In this document: piece by piece, positions 9,695 to 19,845 of the stretch
Layout of the letters: every line of letters begins with the position of its first letter
Numbering within the stretch: the first letter of the stretch is position 1
From: a virus
Taxonomy: Duplodnaviria > Caudoviricetes
Length of the DNA stretch: 64,000 nucleotides
Reading direction: 5' to 3' (one strand)
IMG/VR virus record: IMGVR_UViG_2061766007_000330
The notes under the pieces: model-generated
Databases searched by the model: none
Told to the model about the DNA's origin: nothing
The model's input: the letters and a program-made list of their open reading frames with translations, nothing else
Position numbers and translations under genes: made by a program

Positions 9695-10900
9695 ATGGCT
9701 ATTAATACTACTGCCGACAGATTTCGTTTTGTGAAGCTGACCCAGGCACAGTATGCTGCTCTTGGAGATGATCTTGGCACCACGTATGCCGATTATCTGT
9801 TCTTCACCACTGATACGAAGAAGATCTACAAGGGCGCGGACTGCTTGACCGACGCCATTGCAGCTGTTACGAACCATTCGACGCTCACGTCCATGACGAA
9901 GGTTACGGGTCGTTTCTACGTCGAAGCCGACACGAAGGATGTTTATTACTACGACGGCACGAACCTGGTGTTCATCACTGGTATCTACAGCGATGGTGCT
10001 GCGGATGCACTCAGTGCTGCTGTGATCGCCCAGACGACTCCTGGTACGTACGACGATACCGCCGCTGGCGTTGAGACCACGAGTGCGCGTCAGGTTGTGA
10101 CGTACGTTGAGGGCGTCAAAGAAGCTCTTACTCAGCTGATCAACAGCGTCAGCGCAGGCGTGAACTCGGCTGTTCATGCTCCTGTTCAGGACGAGACCGC
10201 TCTTGCCGCCATCAACCTGACCTCAGACGGCGTTCTCGACAAGACCATCTGCCTTGTTGAAGATTCGAGTGCCCTCTATCGTTACGACGCACAGAGCAGT
10301 GCTGCCGCAGCAGCTGGCAAGGTTGTTGCTCCTGGAAACAGCCAGACTGGTCGCTGGATTAAGATCCTGACGGCGGCGGATGTCGTTCTGACCGATATCC
10401 TTGCTACGACTGAGGCTCCTGCTAGCCTCGGTACGGCGCCTGCTGTTGGTACCTCGACCAAGGCTGCTCGCGCGGATCACGTCCATGACTATACCAGCAT
10501 TCTGGCTGTTGCCAACACGAACAACCCTGCTACGCTTGGTGGTTCCGGCACGGTTGCCAGTGGCAAGATTGGTTCGAACGCCGTTGGTTCTTCTAACAAG
10601 GTTGCGCGCGCTGATCACACGCACGAATTGGATCTGTCCGCCTACTACGCGACGGGCACTCCTGAAGCTGTTGGTGCGGCAACTGGTACGGTCACCAATG
10701 GTACGCTTGGTACGGCTGCAGCTGGTACTTCCCAGCAGTTCGCCAAGGCAGACCACGTCCACCAGCTCAATCTCACGCCGTACTACGCGACGACTGCACC
10801 TGTTGTGGCAGATGAGGCCGCTGTTGGTACTTCTCAGCAGTTTGCTAAGGCGGATCACGTCCATCCGTCGGAGAATGTCTGGTACACGGTTGCTGCTTAA
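9695..10900 (+). CDS. fibre protein with four A(R/K)ADHxH repeats
   Basis: shared fibre N-module; ARADHVH, ARADHTH and AKADHVH x2; Ala/Thr/Gly-rich; strongly biased codons. Confidence 0.75.
   Translation: MAINTTADRFRFVKLTQAQYAALGDDLGTTYADYLFFTTDTKKIYKGADCLTDAIAAVTNHSTLTSMTKVTGRFYVEADTKDVYYYDGTNLVFITGIYSDGAADALSAAVIAQTTPGTYDDTAAGVETTSARQVVTYVEGVKEALTQLINSVSAGVNSAVHAPVQDETALAAINLTSDGVLDKTICLVEDSSALYRYDAQSSAAAAAGKVVAPGNSQTGRWIKILTAADVVLTDILATTEAPASLGTAPAVGTSTKAARADHVHDYTSILAVANTNNPATLGGSGTVASGKIGSNAVGSSNKVARADHTHELDLSAYYATGTPEAVGAATGTVTNGTLGTAAAGTSQQFAKADHVHQLNLTPYYATTAPVVADEAAVGTSQQFAKADHVHPSENVWYTVAA
10440..10866 (+). repeat. four coding repeats A(V/A)G(T/S)S..(F/A/V)A(R/K)ADHxH
   Basis: visible in protein and DNA (GGTACTTC[C/T]CAGCAGTT[C/T]GC[C/T]AAGGC). 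Confidence 0.85.
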
Positions 10901-10932
10901 TTTCTAAAAACGATTTAAAATGATATAGACGC

Positions 10933-10965
10933 AGACCTAGGCGAGCGTCCAGCTCGCCTAGGTCT
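10933..10965 (+). terminator. intrinsic terminator after fibre gene
   Basis: 14-bp perfect stem AGACCTAGGCGAGC followed by a T-rich tail. Confidence 0.8.
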
Positions 10966-11000
10966 TATCTCTTATTTGTTAACTCAGAGGAGTATTTTAA

Positions 11001-12713
11001 ATGTTGGACACGTTTTTAAAACACCAAAAATATTGTGAAGACGTTCTTAGTAAAATAAACATTAAAGACCTTTCACACATGACATTTTCCGCTGCTGGAG
11101 AAGAGGTCAACAATTACTTTGATGATACCGACATAGCTGTAATTGTCGCATTTAGTGGAGAAGATTCAGAAGACATCAACAGAACAAAGCAAATGATGAA
11201 AAGACTCACCGAAATGCGACCAGAACCACATTGTATTGTGTTTTATGAAGCGCAGTTGCAAGGAGTTGAATTTCATTTTTCGTATTTAAAATCTGTAGAC
11301 AATGTCGTCTATCGTCAAGTAACTTTAAAGGAAGAAGAAACGTTTATTGACCAGAAGATCTGTCTCTGGAATTTAGGTGCACAATATGTAATGCGATCCA
11401 AATACGGACGTGGTGTTGCTAATTTTTTGTTTTTAGATAATTCCGTATACTTTGTAAATCAATCCATATTACCAATCATTTCAGAAAAATTAAAAACATG
11501 CGATTTGATTCAGCCGTTTGCAAATGCAGTATGCCCAGACGATCCAGATTACGAATACAACGGATTTATGTCCGTCGCAAAAGCGTATGTGACAACAAAA
11601 AAAGCAAGTCTTTTGAATTGGTGTGGCCTGGCTTTGGCCATGACGCGTATTTTTTACAATAGTTTAGGGTCGATTCCGTTTGCTCCTATTGATAACATGG
11701 AAGCTGAATTTTGGACACAGATATTCTCCATCAAGGAAATGCCTGTGACGAAATTCACGCCTTATGTGTATACTCAACTTCAACGTTACAACATGTTTCC
11801 AATGCCTAAAATAGGATATATCGAAGGTGCTGTAATTCATATCGGAAAAGCCAAGGCTTGGAGAAATCCATATCAGCCGTCTGTTTTGAGAAAATACACG
11901 ATTATCAATCATGAGGAATACAAAATAAACGCAAACGGCTTGGCGGTTTATCGAGACACGCCGACTGGCGCAGTTTGTAGTGAGCTGATGCCTGTCATGC
12001 TTGATTCGTCGGTCACTGGTAACGATGTGTTCAAGAAATACACAGACGAAGTGGCTCATGTAATTTACGGGTCATATACGGAAAGCAATCCTCTGATTAT
12101 TCTCTATTTGGAACGCGAAACCAACGATGTTGCAGTAAAACGTGTTCAGAAGATGAAAGAGCTGTGGGACAGACATTGCCTGACTCCACATAAATTCATT
12201 TGCATTTGCAACGTGGAAATCGACGGTGTGGAAACGATTAAACGCAATTATACGTCCAACGAATTGCCGTGGAATTTCTCGACACTGGAATTTTTTCGTA
12301 AGGAATATTCGGATGAATCAACGGGCGTGTTGTGCGTGACGAGTCACATCAAACCCGTTAAAGATTTTAATATTCCAAAGTGTTTGCCGAACACCGTCTG
12401 TATGTTACCACTTGGCAAACTGGCGCAGACACGGGAACAAAAATCATCAAATCTGATGTATTACTCTGGTGATTTCACGTTTATTGTTGACGAATTCATC
12501 AGCCGTCTCTACGGTGAGCCGAATCAAAATCCGTTCTTTATTGCGGCGGACGCTGCCGAATGCATTGCCAATATCCTTTACAAATATGGTTATTATGTGG
12601 ATTCAACTGACCGTTATTTAGACGTCGATATTGAAGGAAACGAAAAATCTCTTATGGTTTTGGTCGAGGAGGCATCTTATAACTCCGAATCCTACCCGAT
12701 ATCATCACTGTAA
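11001..12713 (+). CDS. two-domain glycosyltransferase paralog, catalytic motifs degenerate
   Basis: aligns with its neighbours (K..LWN, LIQPF, GLALAMTR, PKIGY, NPL.I, HKFICI) but has FLDNS and VTSHI at the DxD positions and lacks HF..PKPW. Confidence 0.7.
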   Translation: MLDTFLKHQKYCEDVLSKINIKDLSHMTFSAAGEEVNNYFDDTDIAVIVAFSGEDSEDINRTKQMMKRLTEMRPEPHCIVFYEAQLQGVEFHFSYLKSVDNVVYRQVTLKEEETFIDQKICLWNLGAQYVMRSKYGRGVANFLFLDNSVYFVNQSILPIISEKLKTCDLIQPFANAVCPDDPDYEYNGFMSVAKAYVTTKKASLLNWCGLALAMTRIFYNSLGSIPFAPIDNMEAEFWTQIFSIKEMPVTKFTPYVYTQLQRYNMFPMPKIGYIEGAVIHIGKAKAWRNPYQPSVLRKYTIINHEEYKINANGLAVYRDTPTGAVCSELMPVMLDSSVTGNDVFKKYTDEVAHVIYGSYTESNPLIILYLERETNDVAVKRVQKMKELWDRHCLTPHKFICICNVEIDGVETIKRNYTSNELPWNFSTLEFFRKEYSDESTGVLCVTSHIKPVKDFNIPKCLPNTVCMLPLGKLAQTREQKSSNLMYYSGDFTFIVDEFISRLYGEPNQNPFFIAADAAECIANILYKYGYYVDSTDRYLDVDIEGNEKSLMVLVEEASYNSESYPISSL

Positions 12714-12733
12714 ATAAAAGGGTTTTATTAACA

Positions 12734-15700
12734 ATGCCACAACCAGACAACTTATTACCAGTCACTAATCCAACAGGTAAGACAGTATCTGTCAAACCTG
12801 GTCATCACAAGATTATCTTTAAAGACGTTGACGGGTTTAAGACTCCACAAACCGTATATGTTTTTGTTCAGCCAGGTACAAAACAGGTTATTAACGCAAC
12901 TTATATTCCTGCTGATATGGGACAATACGCTGTTCAGTTCGTGATGGAAGATCAGATGTCACTTCATGGCTCCATTGAAGTTCCTGGTTTTACTGTCAAT
13001 GATAAACACGACGTCTACAAGTCAGCGAACACGAACGGAAATCTGTGGGTTTCCGAATATGCGCCTCTTAAGGTGTCTGTCGAAAACACACTTCATTTCA
13101 CGGATGTGTACGGCTTTGCGACTCCTGCCGACCTGACGAACATCACTATCAGTGACGGTGCCAAAGTTCTTCGTGAAGATCCGATTATCTATGAACGGCT
13201 TCAGGGCAGCATTACGGTTCGGATGATTGATGAAAATGACAATCCGGTTCCGAATGCCCAGTGGAAGATTGCAGATTCACGTATCACGGAATGGAATTCC
13301 GGAAATACGACGATTGAAATGCCTGTAGATAAATTCAATCTACAATATCGTGAGTACAACGCATCTTTGAATACCGTTGTCAGCAGTGACGACAGCGATT
13401 ATATTCCTCCGTCTGTGACCCGTATTCCGGTTGTTATGAGTCAGACCGGTGAGACAGTCGTGACAGTTCGTTATGAATCGAAATCGTCGTACAACGCAAC
13501 TGTTACCGTGTCTGTCAACGGACCAGATGGCGCAGGATGGACACTTAACATCAATAACAGATCAATTGGTCCGAAAGTGTCCGGTGAATCGGTTGCCGTT
13601 TATCTCGGAAAAGACACAACCCAGAGTTCTGTTGGTACGGTTGTCTTTTCTGATGTCGCAAATTATGACAAACCGTCGAATATCGAAAACATCATCATTC
13701 ATCCAAAAGACGTCAAGGAACTTGCTTCACTTGTTGATTACAAGCCTTATATTGGAAAACTTGTTCTTGATGCTCCTCCTGTGAAATACAACGACGGAAC
13801 GTCTCTTAAGGTCTGTATCGCTAAGGTTACCGGAACGACTGTTGAAATTACAGATGCGTCTGGAAACAGGTCGAATGTAACACTCGGTTTCGATACCTAT
13901 CTTCCATTTGGCGATTACACGATTACCGGATACAACGTCGGTAACAAAGTGTACGAAACCCCGAATCCTACAAATCCGACGATTACTATTAACGTTCAGC
14001 CGATTGGATCGGAGACGACACCGAGTAATGTTAGAGTTGGATGGACGGCACAACATGTTCAAATCGCCGACTATATTTATCCATCGGAAGCAATCGATGT
14101 TGAAATCAAAGAAAGTGAAAACGTTTCGGTTGGATCTGCATTGGACAATGTCACTGTTGGTTTCAATCATTCAGACACCAATATGAACATGACGTTTGGA
14201 AAGAACTTTGATGAAAAAGTTCTCGTTGGTACCTGGAATTATGCCAATACGATTTCGAATATTCCTGAAGGTTACAAGCTGTACAGTGTTACCGAATCGG
14301 TGAATGTTCTACCTAATCAAACAAGCAAGATAACGGTCAATATCGACAGTCCAGAAACGCTGAAAGATGTTGTCACTATTCATGTCACAGATAATGTCGG
14401 CGAAACCGTTCCTGGAGCATATGTCACCATCGACAACGATTCGACGCATTATACAAACGGAGCAGTAGTCAAACTGGCACCTGGTCAGCATACATTCCAC
14501 GCTGTTGAAATTTCGAATTATCTGAGTCCTTCGGATTACACGTATACAGCGGTTGAACGTGGTCGTAATCATTCGGTCAATTGTATTTACGTTGAAAACG
14601 TTGCGCATGTGTATGTGACATCTTCGGATAGACCAAACGCCAAATTCCTTGTTGACAATGACCCGACGGAACATCCTGTTGGCGATACCCCTGTTAAACT
14701 TGGAATCGGTGCACACACGATTACCTATTTGGCTGATGGAAACTACCGTCCAGATAAGGTGTCCGATACCGTCAATCTCGAACGAGGTGATGTGCGTACA
14801 TTGTCGATAACATACACTGGATATGGTAAGGCTAAAGCGACACTGAAAGACAGTGTTACAAACGCCGATGTTACAGGCACTATTGTTTTAAAGAATCAGA
14901 CAACCAATGTCGTTGTTGCTACAATAACAGCCAATAATAATACGGTCGTTGATATTCCTGAAGGAACTTATAATGTCGACGTTATCAACATCGATTCGAA
15001 CTATAATGCTCCCAGTGTTTCGTCAATAACAATCAATGCTGAATCGACGACGTTGATAATTTCACGTGTTGCTACTTACAAATACGGTAGTGTTAAAGTT
15101 CGTCTGTTAGGGGATGCAACCACGGAAGGCGTCTACAACGATGTTCTCTCCGGAAGTGCTTCACTGTGGCAGAATAATGCTAAGGTGATGGATATCACAC
15201 CGAATAACAATTCGTTTACGAATGTTCCTACGGGCACCTACATTGTAAAGGCAACTGTGTCGACGTCTGGATATTCTGAAGTCCAGAATGGTCAGGTTAC
15301 GGTTACACCGCATTCGGAAGATGTTGTCAACATGCATGCCACGTATGTGTGCGCCACAGTAAAAGCAACGCTAAAGGGTAACTATCAAGAAAATCAGGAA
15401 AATTACTCACGAGATCTGGAAGGCACTGTTTCGATCTACAACAGCAACGACGAACTCGTTGGGACGATTACTCCGAACAACAACAGTTCTACAATTGTTT
15501 TAACACCTGGAACCTATCGTGCGACTGCGTCTGTCACGACTGCGGATTACAATCTGACGGAAGCATCACAGACCTTTACGGTTAGTTCGCGTGAGACAAA
15601 GACGCTTGCGTTTACTGCGCGTTTCTATAGTGAAACTCCTGAAGTTTCAGCAGGTGTGTTGAACGTTCAGATTCGTTCAAACTACGGAAGTGAATTAGCT

Positions 15701-16804
15701 CCATTTACGACTACTGCCGGAACTGTCTACTATGACGGATTCTATGTCTTAACAGATCCGATGGCTCATGGCACAAACCGCATTTGGAAACATACCGATT
15801 CGGACGCCACTATTAGAGCACGAACTGTTAATGGAAGTGTCCGATGGATTTGGACGTCGTTGACATCCGAAGAAGACATTACCAATTCGTTGAATAATTC
15901 CGATATGAGTACGTTATATGCGTCAGCAACCAATCAGAATGGAGCGTATGCGACCAATCCGTTTGACGATGGTATTGTCTGGCAAGAAAAAATGGCTGGT
16001 GAGTATCGCGTAACGAGGTGCGAAGCCGTTGAATGGCTTGAAGACCTGACAATCACCTTTACATCCAACAACGAAGTTGCAAGACAACAGCTGGTAACAT
16101 TATTTGATACGACAAACGACCGTGAAATGGATCTTCCGAATGTCACACTGACGTCGTATCCAGATTCCAATAAACGCTGGGAAGGTGGAGAAGGCGGAGT
16201 GAGTGCTCGTAGAAATTATATCATCGATTACGATGAATCAAATAATTGCTGGTCGATGCATATCGAGTATGACATGGAAACTGTTGCCGAGTATGTGTCG
16301 GCAGAGTCCTATAACGAAGCGCATACGCCGATAGATGTGATGACGTGGAACTTTGTCTCCGGAACGAACATTGGTACGCCGAGTGTTACGTGGACACCGA
16401 AGGTCTTTGGTGCAATTACCAGAAACAACAACGCTGTTTCTAAGGGTGACAAATACAGACTATTCCATCTTTCTGACTATCTCAAAGAAGCGAATACTGC
16501 AATCACGCACCGCGAGAAGTGGAACGCGTTCTACGAAGGTCCTGATCAGGTTCCTCTTATTTGGTCTGAAGCCAAATGGAATGAATCCGAGTCCAAGTGG
16601 ACGATTGGTATTGTTCAGGGCATGATTCCAGATTACAGAGAAGCCGATGGTGGCGATCCAGAATTCCAGATTACCTCTGGAGCAAAATTCGTTTCGGACA
16701 ATGCTCCTGAATCGATCTTTGATGTTACCGGTTGGACACTGTCGCCTGCAAATGCGACGGCAGGCAATCTGACCTTTACATTCAAACCGATTGTTCGTAA
16801 CTAA
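12734..16804 (+). CDS. large PEGA/Ig-like repeat virion or adhesin protein (1356 aa)
   Basis: repeated beta-sandwich units of about 75-90 aa (F.DV.GF.TP, PG.H...., G.Y.V); V/T/N-rich; Trp-rich C-terminal repeats. Confidence 0.65.
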   Translation: MPQPDNLLPVTNPTGKTVSVKPGHHKIIFKDVDGFKTPQTVYVFVQPGTKQVINATYIPADMGQYAVQFVMEDQMSLHGSIEVPGFTVNDKHDVYKSANTNGNLWVSEYAPLKVSVENTLHFTDVYGFATPADLTNITISDGAKVLREDPIIYERLQGSITVRMIDENDNPVPNAQWKIADSRITEWNSGNTTIEMPVDKFNLQYREYNASLNTVVSSDDSDYIPPSVTRIPVVMSQTGETVVTVRYESKSSYNATVTVSVNGPDGAGWTLNINNRSIGPKVSGESVAVYLGKDTTQSSVGTVVFSDVANYDKPSNIENIIIHPKDVKELASLVDYKPYIGKLVLDAPPVKYNDGTSLKVCIAKVTGTTVEITDASGNRSNVTLGFDTYLPFGDYTITGYNVGNKVYETPNPTNPTITINVQPIGSETTPSNVRVGWTAQHVQIADYIYPSEAIDVEIKESENVSVGSALDNVTVGFNHSDTNMNMTFGKNFDEKVLVGTWNYANTISNIPEGYKLYSVTESVNVLPNQTSKITVNIDSPETLKDVVTIHVTDNVGETVPGAYVTIDNDSTHYTNGAVVKLAPGQHTFHAVEISNYLSPSDYTYTAVERGRNHSVNCIYVENVAHVYVTSSDRPNAKFLVDNDPTEHPVGDTPVKLGIGAHTITYLADGNYRPDKVSDTVNLERGDVRTLSITYTGYGKAKATLKDSVTNADVTGTIVLKNQTTNVVVATITANNNTVVDIPEGTYNVDVINIDSNYNAPSVSSITINAESTTLIISRVATYKYGSVKVRLLGDATTEGVYNDVLSGSASLWQNNAKVMDITPNNNSFTNVPTGTYIVKATVSTSGYSEVQNGQVTVTPHSEDVVNMHATYVCATVKATLKGNYQENQENYSRDLEGTVSIYNSNDELVGTITPNNNSSTIVLTPGTYRATASVTTADYNLTEASQTFTVSSRETKTLAFTARFYSETPEVSAGVLNVQIRSNYGSELAPFTTTAGTVYYDGFYVLTDPMAHGTNRIWKHTDSDATIRARTVNGSVRWIWTSLTSEEDITNSLNNSDMSTLYASATNQNGAYATNPFDDGIVWQEKMAGEYRVTRCEAVEWLEDLTITFTSNNEVARQQLVTLFDTTNDREMDLPNVTLTSYPDSNKRWEGGEGGVSARRNYIIDYDESNNCWSMHIEYDMETVAEYVSAESYNEAHTPIDVMTWNFVSGTNIGTPSVTWTPKVFGAITRNNNAVSKGDKYRLFHLSDYLKEANTAITHREKWNAFYEGPDQVPLIWSEAKWNESESKWTIGIVQGMIPDYREADGGDPEFQITSGAKFVSDNAPESIFDVTGWTLSPANATAGNLTFTFKPIVRN

Positions 16805-16821
16805 AAACGATTAATCACAAT

Positions 16822-16853
16822 ACCTATGGGTGTGCTTTGACACACCCATAGGT
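16822..16853 (+). terminator. intrinsic terminator
   Basis: 13-bp stem ACCTATGGGTGTG followed by TTATTTT. Confidence 0.8.
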
Positions 16854-16879
16854 TTATTTTATTCTAAGAGAAACTGATT

Positions 16880-17869
16880 ATGGAAAAGAAATACCCACCC
16901 AGAACACAGCAGATTGTAGATACTTTGCGAATCACACCGATGGCAAGATCTGTTTATTCGTTGCCTTGGAGAGACAACGACTTACCTGCTTATGATCTAT
17001 CTCAAGTCGTTGTCATGTGTCATTATGGTGACGACAAAGCAAGGCTTTTGTCTACGAACAAAGCGCTCGTGTCAATGCTTACATACAGACCCATGCCAAT
17101 GATCTATTTTGTTGAAGGAAGTTTTACCAAGAACTTTCATTATCAAAGCATGATTCTGGAAACGTTTAAACAGAATTCTGTTTATTTTAAGATACCACTG
17201 ACGAACAAGTGCAAAGGAATGTTCATCAAGGAGGCACTTTGGAATTATGCAATCATCAATAGACGACATGAGTTTGAAAATTATACGTTTCTTGATTCTG
17301 ATTGTGATTTCATGGACCGTCACTGGGTTAATGAAACTAAAATAAAGCTCCAGAAATATCGTGTCGTGTCACCGATGTCTCATGTGATTTATTCAACGCT
17401 TGACAAATATGGGTTTGTACCAACATGTGGTTATTTATCAGAAACAAATCCAAATTCAACATATCCTGGATTTCCAGGCATGGCTGTCTCCATGCAAGCG
17501 TCGTTCTATCATGACATTTTGAAGTGTATGCCAAATGTTGTTGTAGGATTCGGAGACATTGTTCTATGGGGAATGTTGTTAGGATCTGATCGATTCAGAA
17601 ACTATAAATGCAGAGTATACCCAGTTACAGAATTATCTAAGTATAATTTGCCCAAGATAAAAATATCATATGTCGATGGGGTTCTGAGGCATCATGACCA
17701 CGGACCTATCAACGACCGTCATTATGTGGCAAAAGCAAAGGCGTTGAATGAGTTTTCAAAGATGCCATTTTCCGAATATGACTGTGACGAATCAACAAAT
17801 TGGTTACCGCAATGGAAAGACACAGACGAAGTCAGGGCATTGCGATGCCGACTTAATGAAATAGTGTAG
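16880..17869 (+). CDS. single-domain GT-A glycosyltransferase paralog
   Basis: KEALWN, FLDSDCD, PGMAVSM, GFGD, HHDHG..NDRHY. Confidence 0.8.
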   Translation: MEKKYPPRTQQIVDTLRITPMARSVYSLPWRDNDLPAYDLSQVVVMCHYGDDKARLLSTNKALVSMLTYRPMPMIYFVEGSFTKNFHYQSMILETFKQNSVYFKIPLTNKCKGMFIKEALWNYAIINRRHEFENYTFLDSDCDFMDRHWVNETKIKLQKYRVVSPMSHVIYSTLDKYGFVPTCGYLSETNPNSTYPGFPGMAVSMQASFYHDILKCMPNVVVGFGDIVLWGMLLGSDRFRNYKCRVYPVTELSKYNLPKIKISYVDGVLRHHDHGPINDRHYVAKAKALNEFSKMPFSEYDCDESTNWLPQWKDTDEVRALRCRLNEIV

Positions 17870-17881
17870 AGGATTAATTCA

Positions 17882-19843
17882 ATGAAACAACCGATGATTA
17901 TCAACCTGTATGGTGGCTATCGTGGAAACTTTCATGTCAAACTGGCAGAAGCTCCGATAAATCCAAGACCTCCTGTGATTCCGAGACCTGTTCATAAGAA
18001 CGCTGTGATCGGACGACCTGTTCCACCGCCAAATCCACCGACTAAAGGATTTCCTGTCCCACAGGAAGTTCGTGATATGCTGACAAAGGCATCACGTGAT
18101 CGTGTTTGCAAGATTGTTTACCAGGAACCACCAGCCATTCCGTTGATGTATGCAGATGATACTGCGATTATTATTTCCACGTATGGGAATGATGAAAAGC
18201 GACTGGGAAATCTTAAGCAGATGTTGAACAGAATTGCTCTGTTTAATCCTGCTCCGTTTGTGTTTGTTGTTGAAGGGTCTTACGACGACACGTATCATGC
18301 GGATAAACTATGCGAAGGAAAATCAAGAATGACGCATGCCACAATCAAACTGGATCCTGTGTCACAGAAAGGTATTTGGTTGAAAGAAGGCATGTGGTCT
18401 GTGATGGCCAATGCTATTTGTGATTCTGAAGAATACAACGGAATCAAATATTTTGTCTTCTTGGATGCGGATATCATTCCGTATGAAAGCGATTACATCA
18501 CTCGTGTTCGTGAGACTTTACAGAAAAACGAAGTGGCTTCACCGTTTGCGTACGCATATTTTGCGGATCACAACGACGAAGTTTCCTTACGTCCGAGTAT
18601 TGCGTTTTCCATTTTGGAACGTGAAAAACGTGGTTATCCTGGGTTTGGATTTGCCATGACCCGAGAGTTCTTCAAGAATCGTTTGCATGGACAATTTGAG
18701 GCGATGCCGCCTGCGGATACAATGCTGTATCACAAATTGTTCCCGTGGGAACACGAATGTCCTCGTAAGAGTCGTCCGTTCCCGACACACAAGTATGCAG
18801 AATGTCCGATGAATCCAAGGCCGTTGGTTGGTTATGTTCCTGCTGTTATCGGTCACATGGAGCACGACAGCAATCATGATGACAACTGGTATTCCGCATT
18901 GGCAGCCATTCATCGTTTATCGGCGTCATCGTTGAATGAATTGGTTATTTACAACGATAAAGGCCTGCCATACTGGATTGATGGTGGTGAGGATACAGAC
19001 GAAAAGGCAACGATTTTCCGTGAACTCAAGGACAAAATCTATGAACTACATGCAAACGGAGATCCTCTGGATCCCATGACGGTTAAGGATTGTTATGAAG
19101 ATGTTGCTGCTAGTGTCTACGGACACATTGATGCTGATCATCCGTTGGTTATCGCTTGTCTTCTGAGGATGGGTGGTCGGTACATGCCGAATCAAGTCGA
19201 GTTCTTGGCTGCTGAGTTCAAGAAATATTGTCTGGTTCCTCATGAATTCGTCTGTTTCACAGACTATGAAGGAACTATTGATGGTGTTCGTACGATTCCA
19301 TTGGAAACAACTCCAGAAGAAGCTCCTGGTACATTGGCACAGTTGGAGTTCTTCAGGAACCTGTGGACTCCGAACACAAGCATTATGACGATTGATCTTG
19401 ATACGGTTGTCATGAATGCCTTTACACCTCATGTCTGTCCTGATGACGGGATTTACATGTTGCGCGAAGCGTTTAATCGTAAAGATTCCAATAAGGATTG
19501 GGTTCTGTGGAATTGCGGTCAGATGTATTTCAGGGCAGGCAAGTTCTCGTTCTTGTATGACAAGTTCAAGGAAGAAGCACAACAGAAATGGACTCATCGG
19601 CATCCGGCGTTCCAGTACATTGGTACTCAGGAATACATTGCTGCAAATATCAAAGCCGGAGGTTATTACATTGATGATCTGATTCATCATTTCATCTACA
19701 GCTTCTATCATGCGACAGAGCAGTGGATGTGGGTTTTGGATGGCTCGACATTCATTCATTTCCCTGATAAACCAAAGGCGTGGGAAGTCACAGCTCCGTG
19801 GAATAAGGAAATATTTCATAGATATCCAAGAGGGCTTCGTTAG
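17882..19843 (+). CDS. two-domain glycosyltransferase with Pro-rich N-terminus
   Basis: WLKEGMW, FLDAD, PGFGFAMTR; C-domain FVCFTD, DLDTV, WNCG, HFPDKPKAW. Confidence 0.8.
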   Translation: MKQPMIINLYGGYRGNFHVKLAEAPINPRPPVIPRPVHKNAVIGRPVPPPNPPTKGFPVPQEVRDMLTKASRDRVCKIVYQEPPAIPLMYADDTAIIISTYGNDEKRLGNLKQMLNRIALFNPAPFVFVVEGSYDDTYHADKLCEGKSRMTHATIKLDPVSQKGIWLKEGMWSVMANAICDSEEYNGIKYFVFLDADIIPYESDYITRVRETLQKNEVASPFAYAYFADHNDEVSLRPSIAFSILEREKRGYPGFGFAMTREFFKNRLHGQFEAMPPADTMLYHKLFPWEHECPRKSRPFPTHKYAECPMNPRPLVGYVPAVIGHMEHDSNHDDNWYSALAAIHRLSASSLNELVIYNDKGLPYWIDGGEDTDEKATIFRELKDKIYELHANGDPLDPMTVKDCYEDVAASVYGHIDADHPLVIACLLRMGGRYMPNQVEFLAAEFKKYCLVPHEFVCFTDYEGTIDGVRTIPLETTPEEAPGTLAQLEFFRNLWTPNTSIMTIDLDTVVMNAFTPHVCPDDGIYMLREAFNRKDSNKDWVLWNCGQMYFRAGKFSFLYDKFKEEAQQKWTHRHPAFQYIGTQEYIAANIKAGGYYIDDLIHHFIYSFYHATEQWMWVLDGSTFIHFPDKPKAWEVTAPWNKEIFHRYPRGLR

Positions 19844-19845
19844 TC

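Noticed and set aside
3927-16804. Diversity-generating retroelement acting on the fibres
   Set aside because: No reverse transcriptase and no template/variable repeat pair seen in this window
16880-19843. In-frame TAG between two GT genes, suggesting read-through or stop-codon recoding
   Set aside because: The downstream gene has its own GAGGA RBS and N-terminal extension, and genes across the window are intact in the standard code with TAG and TGA used as stops
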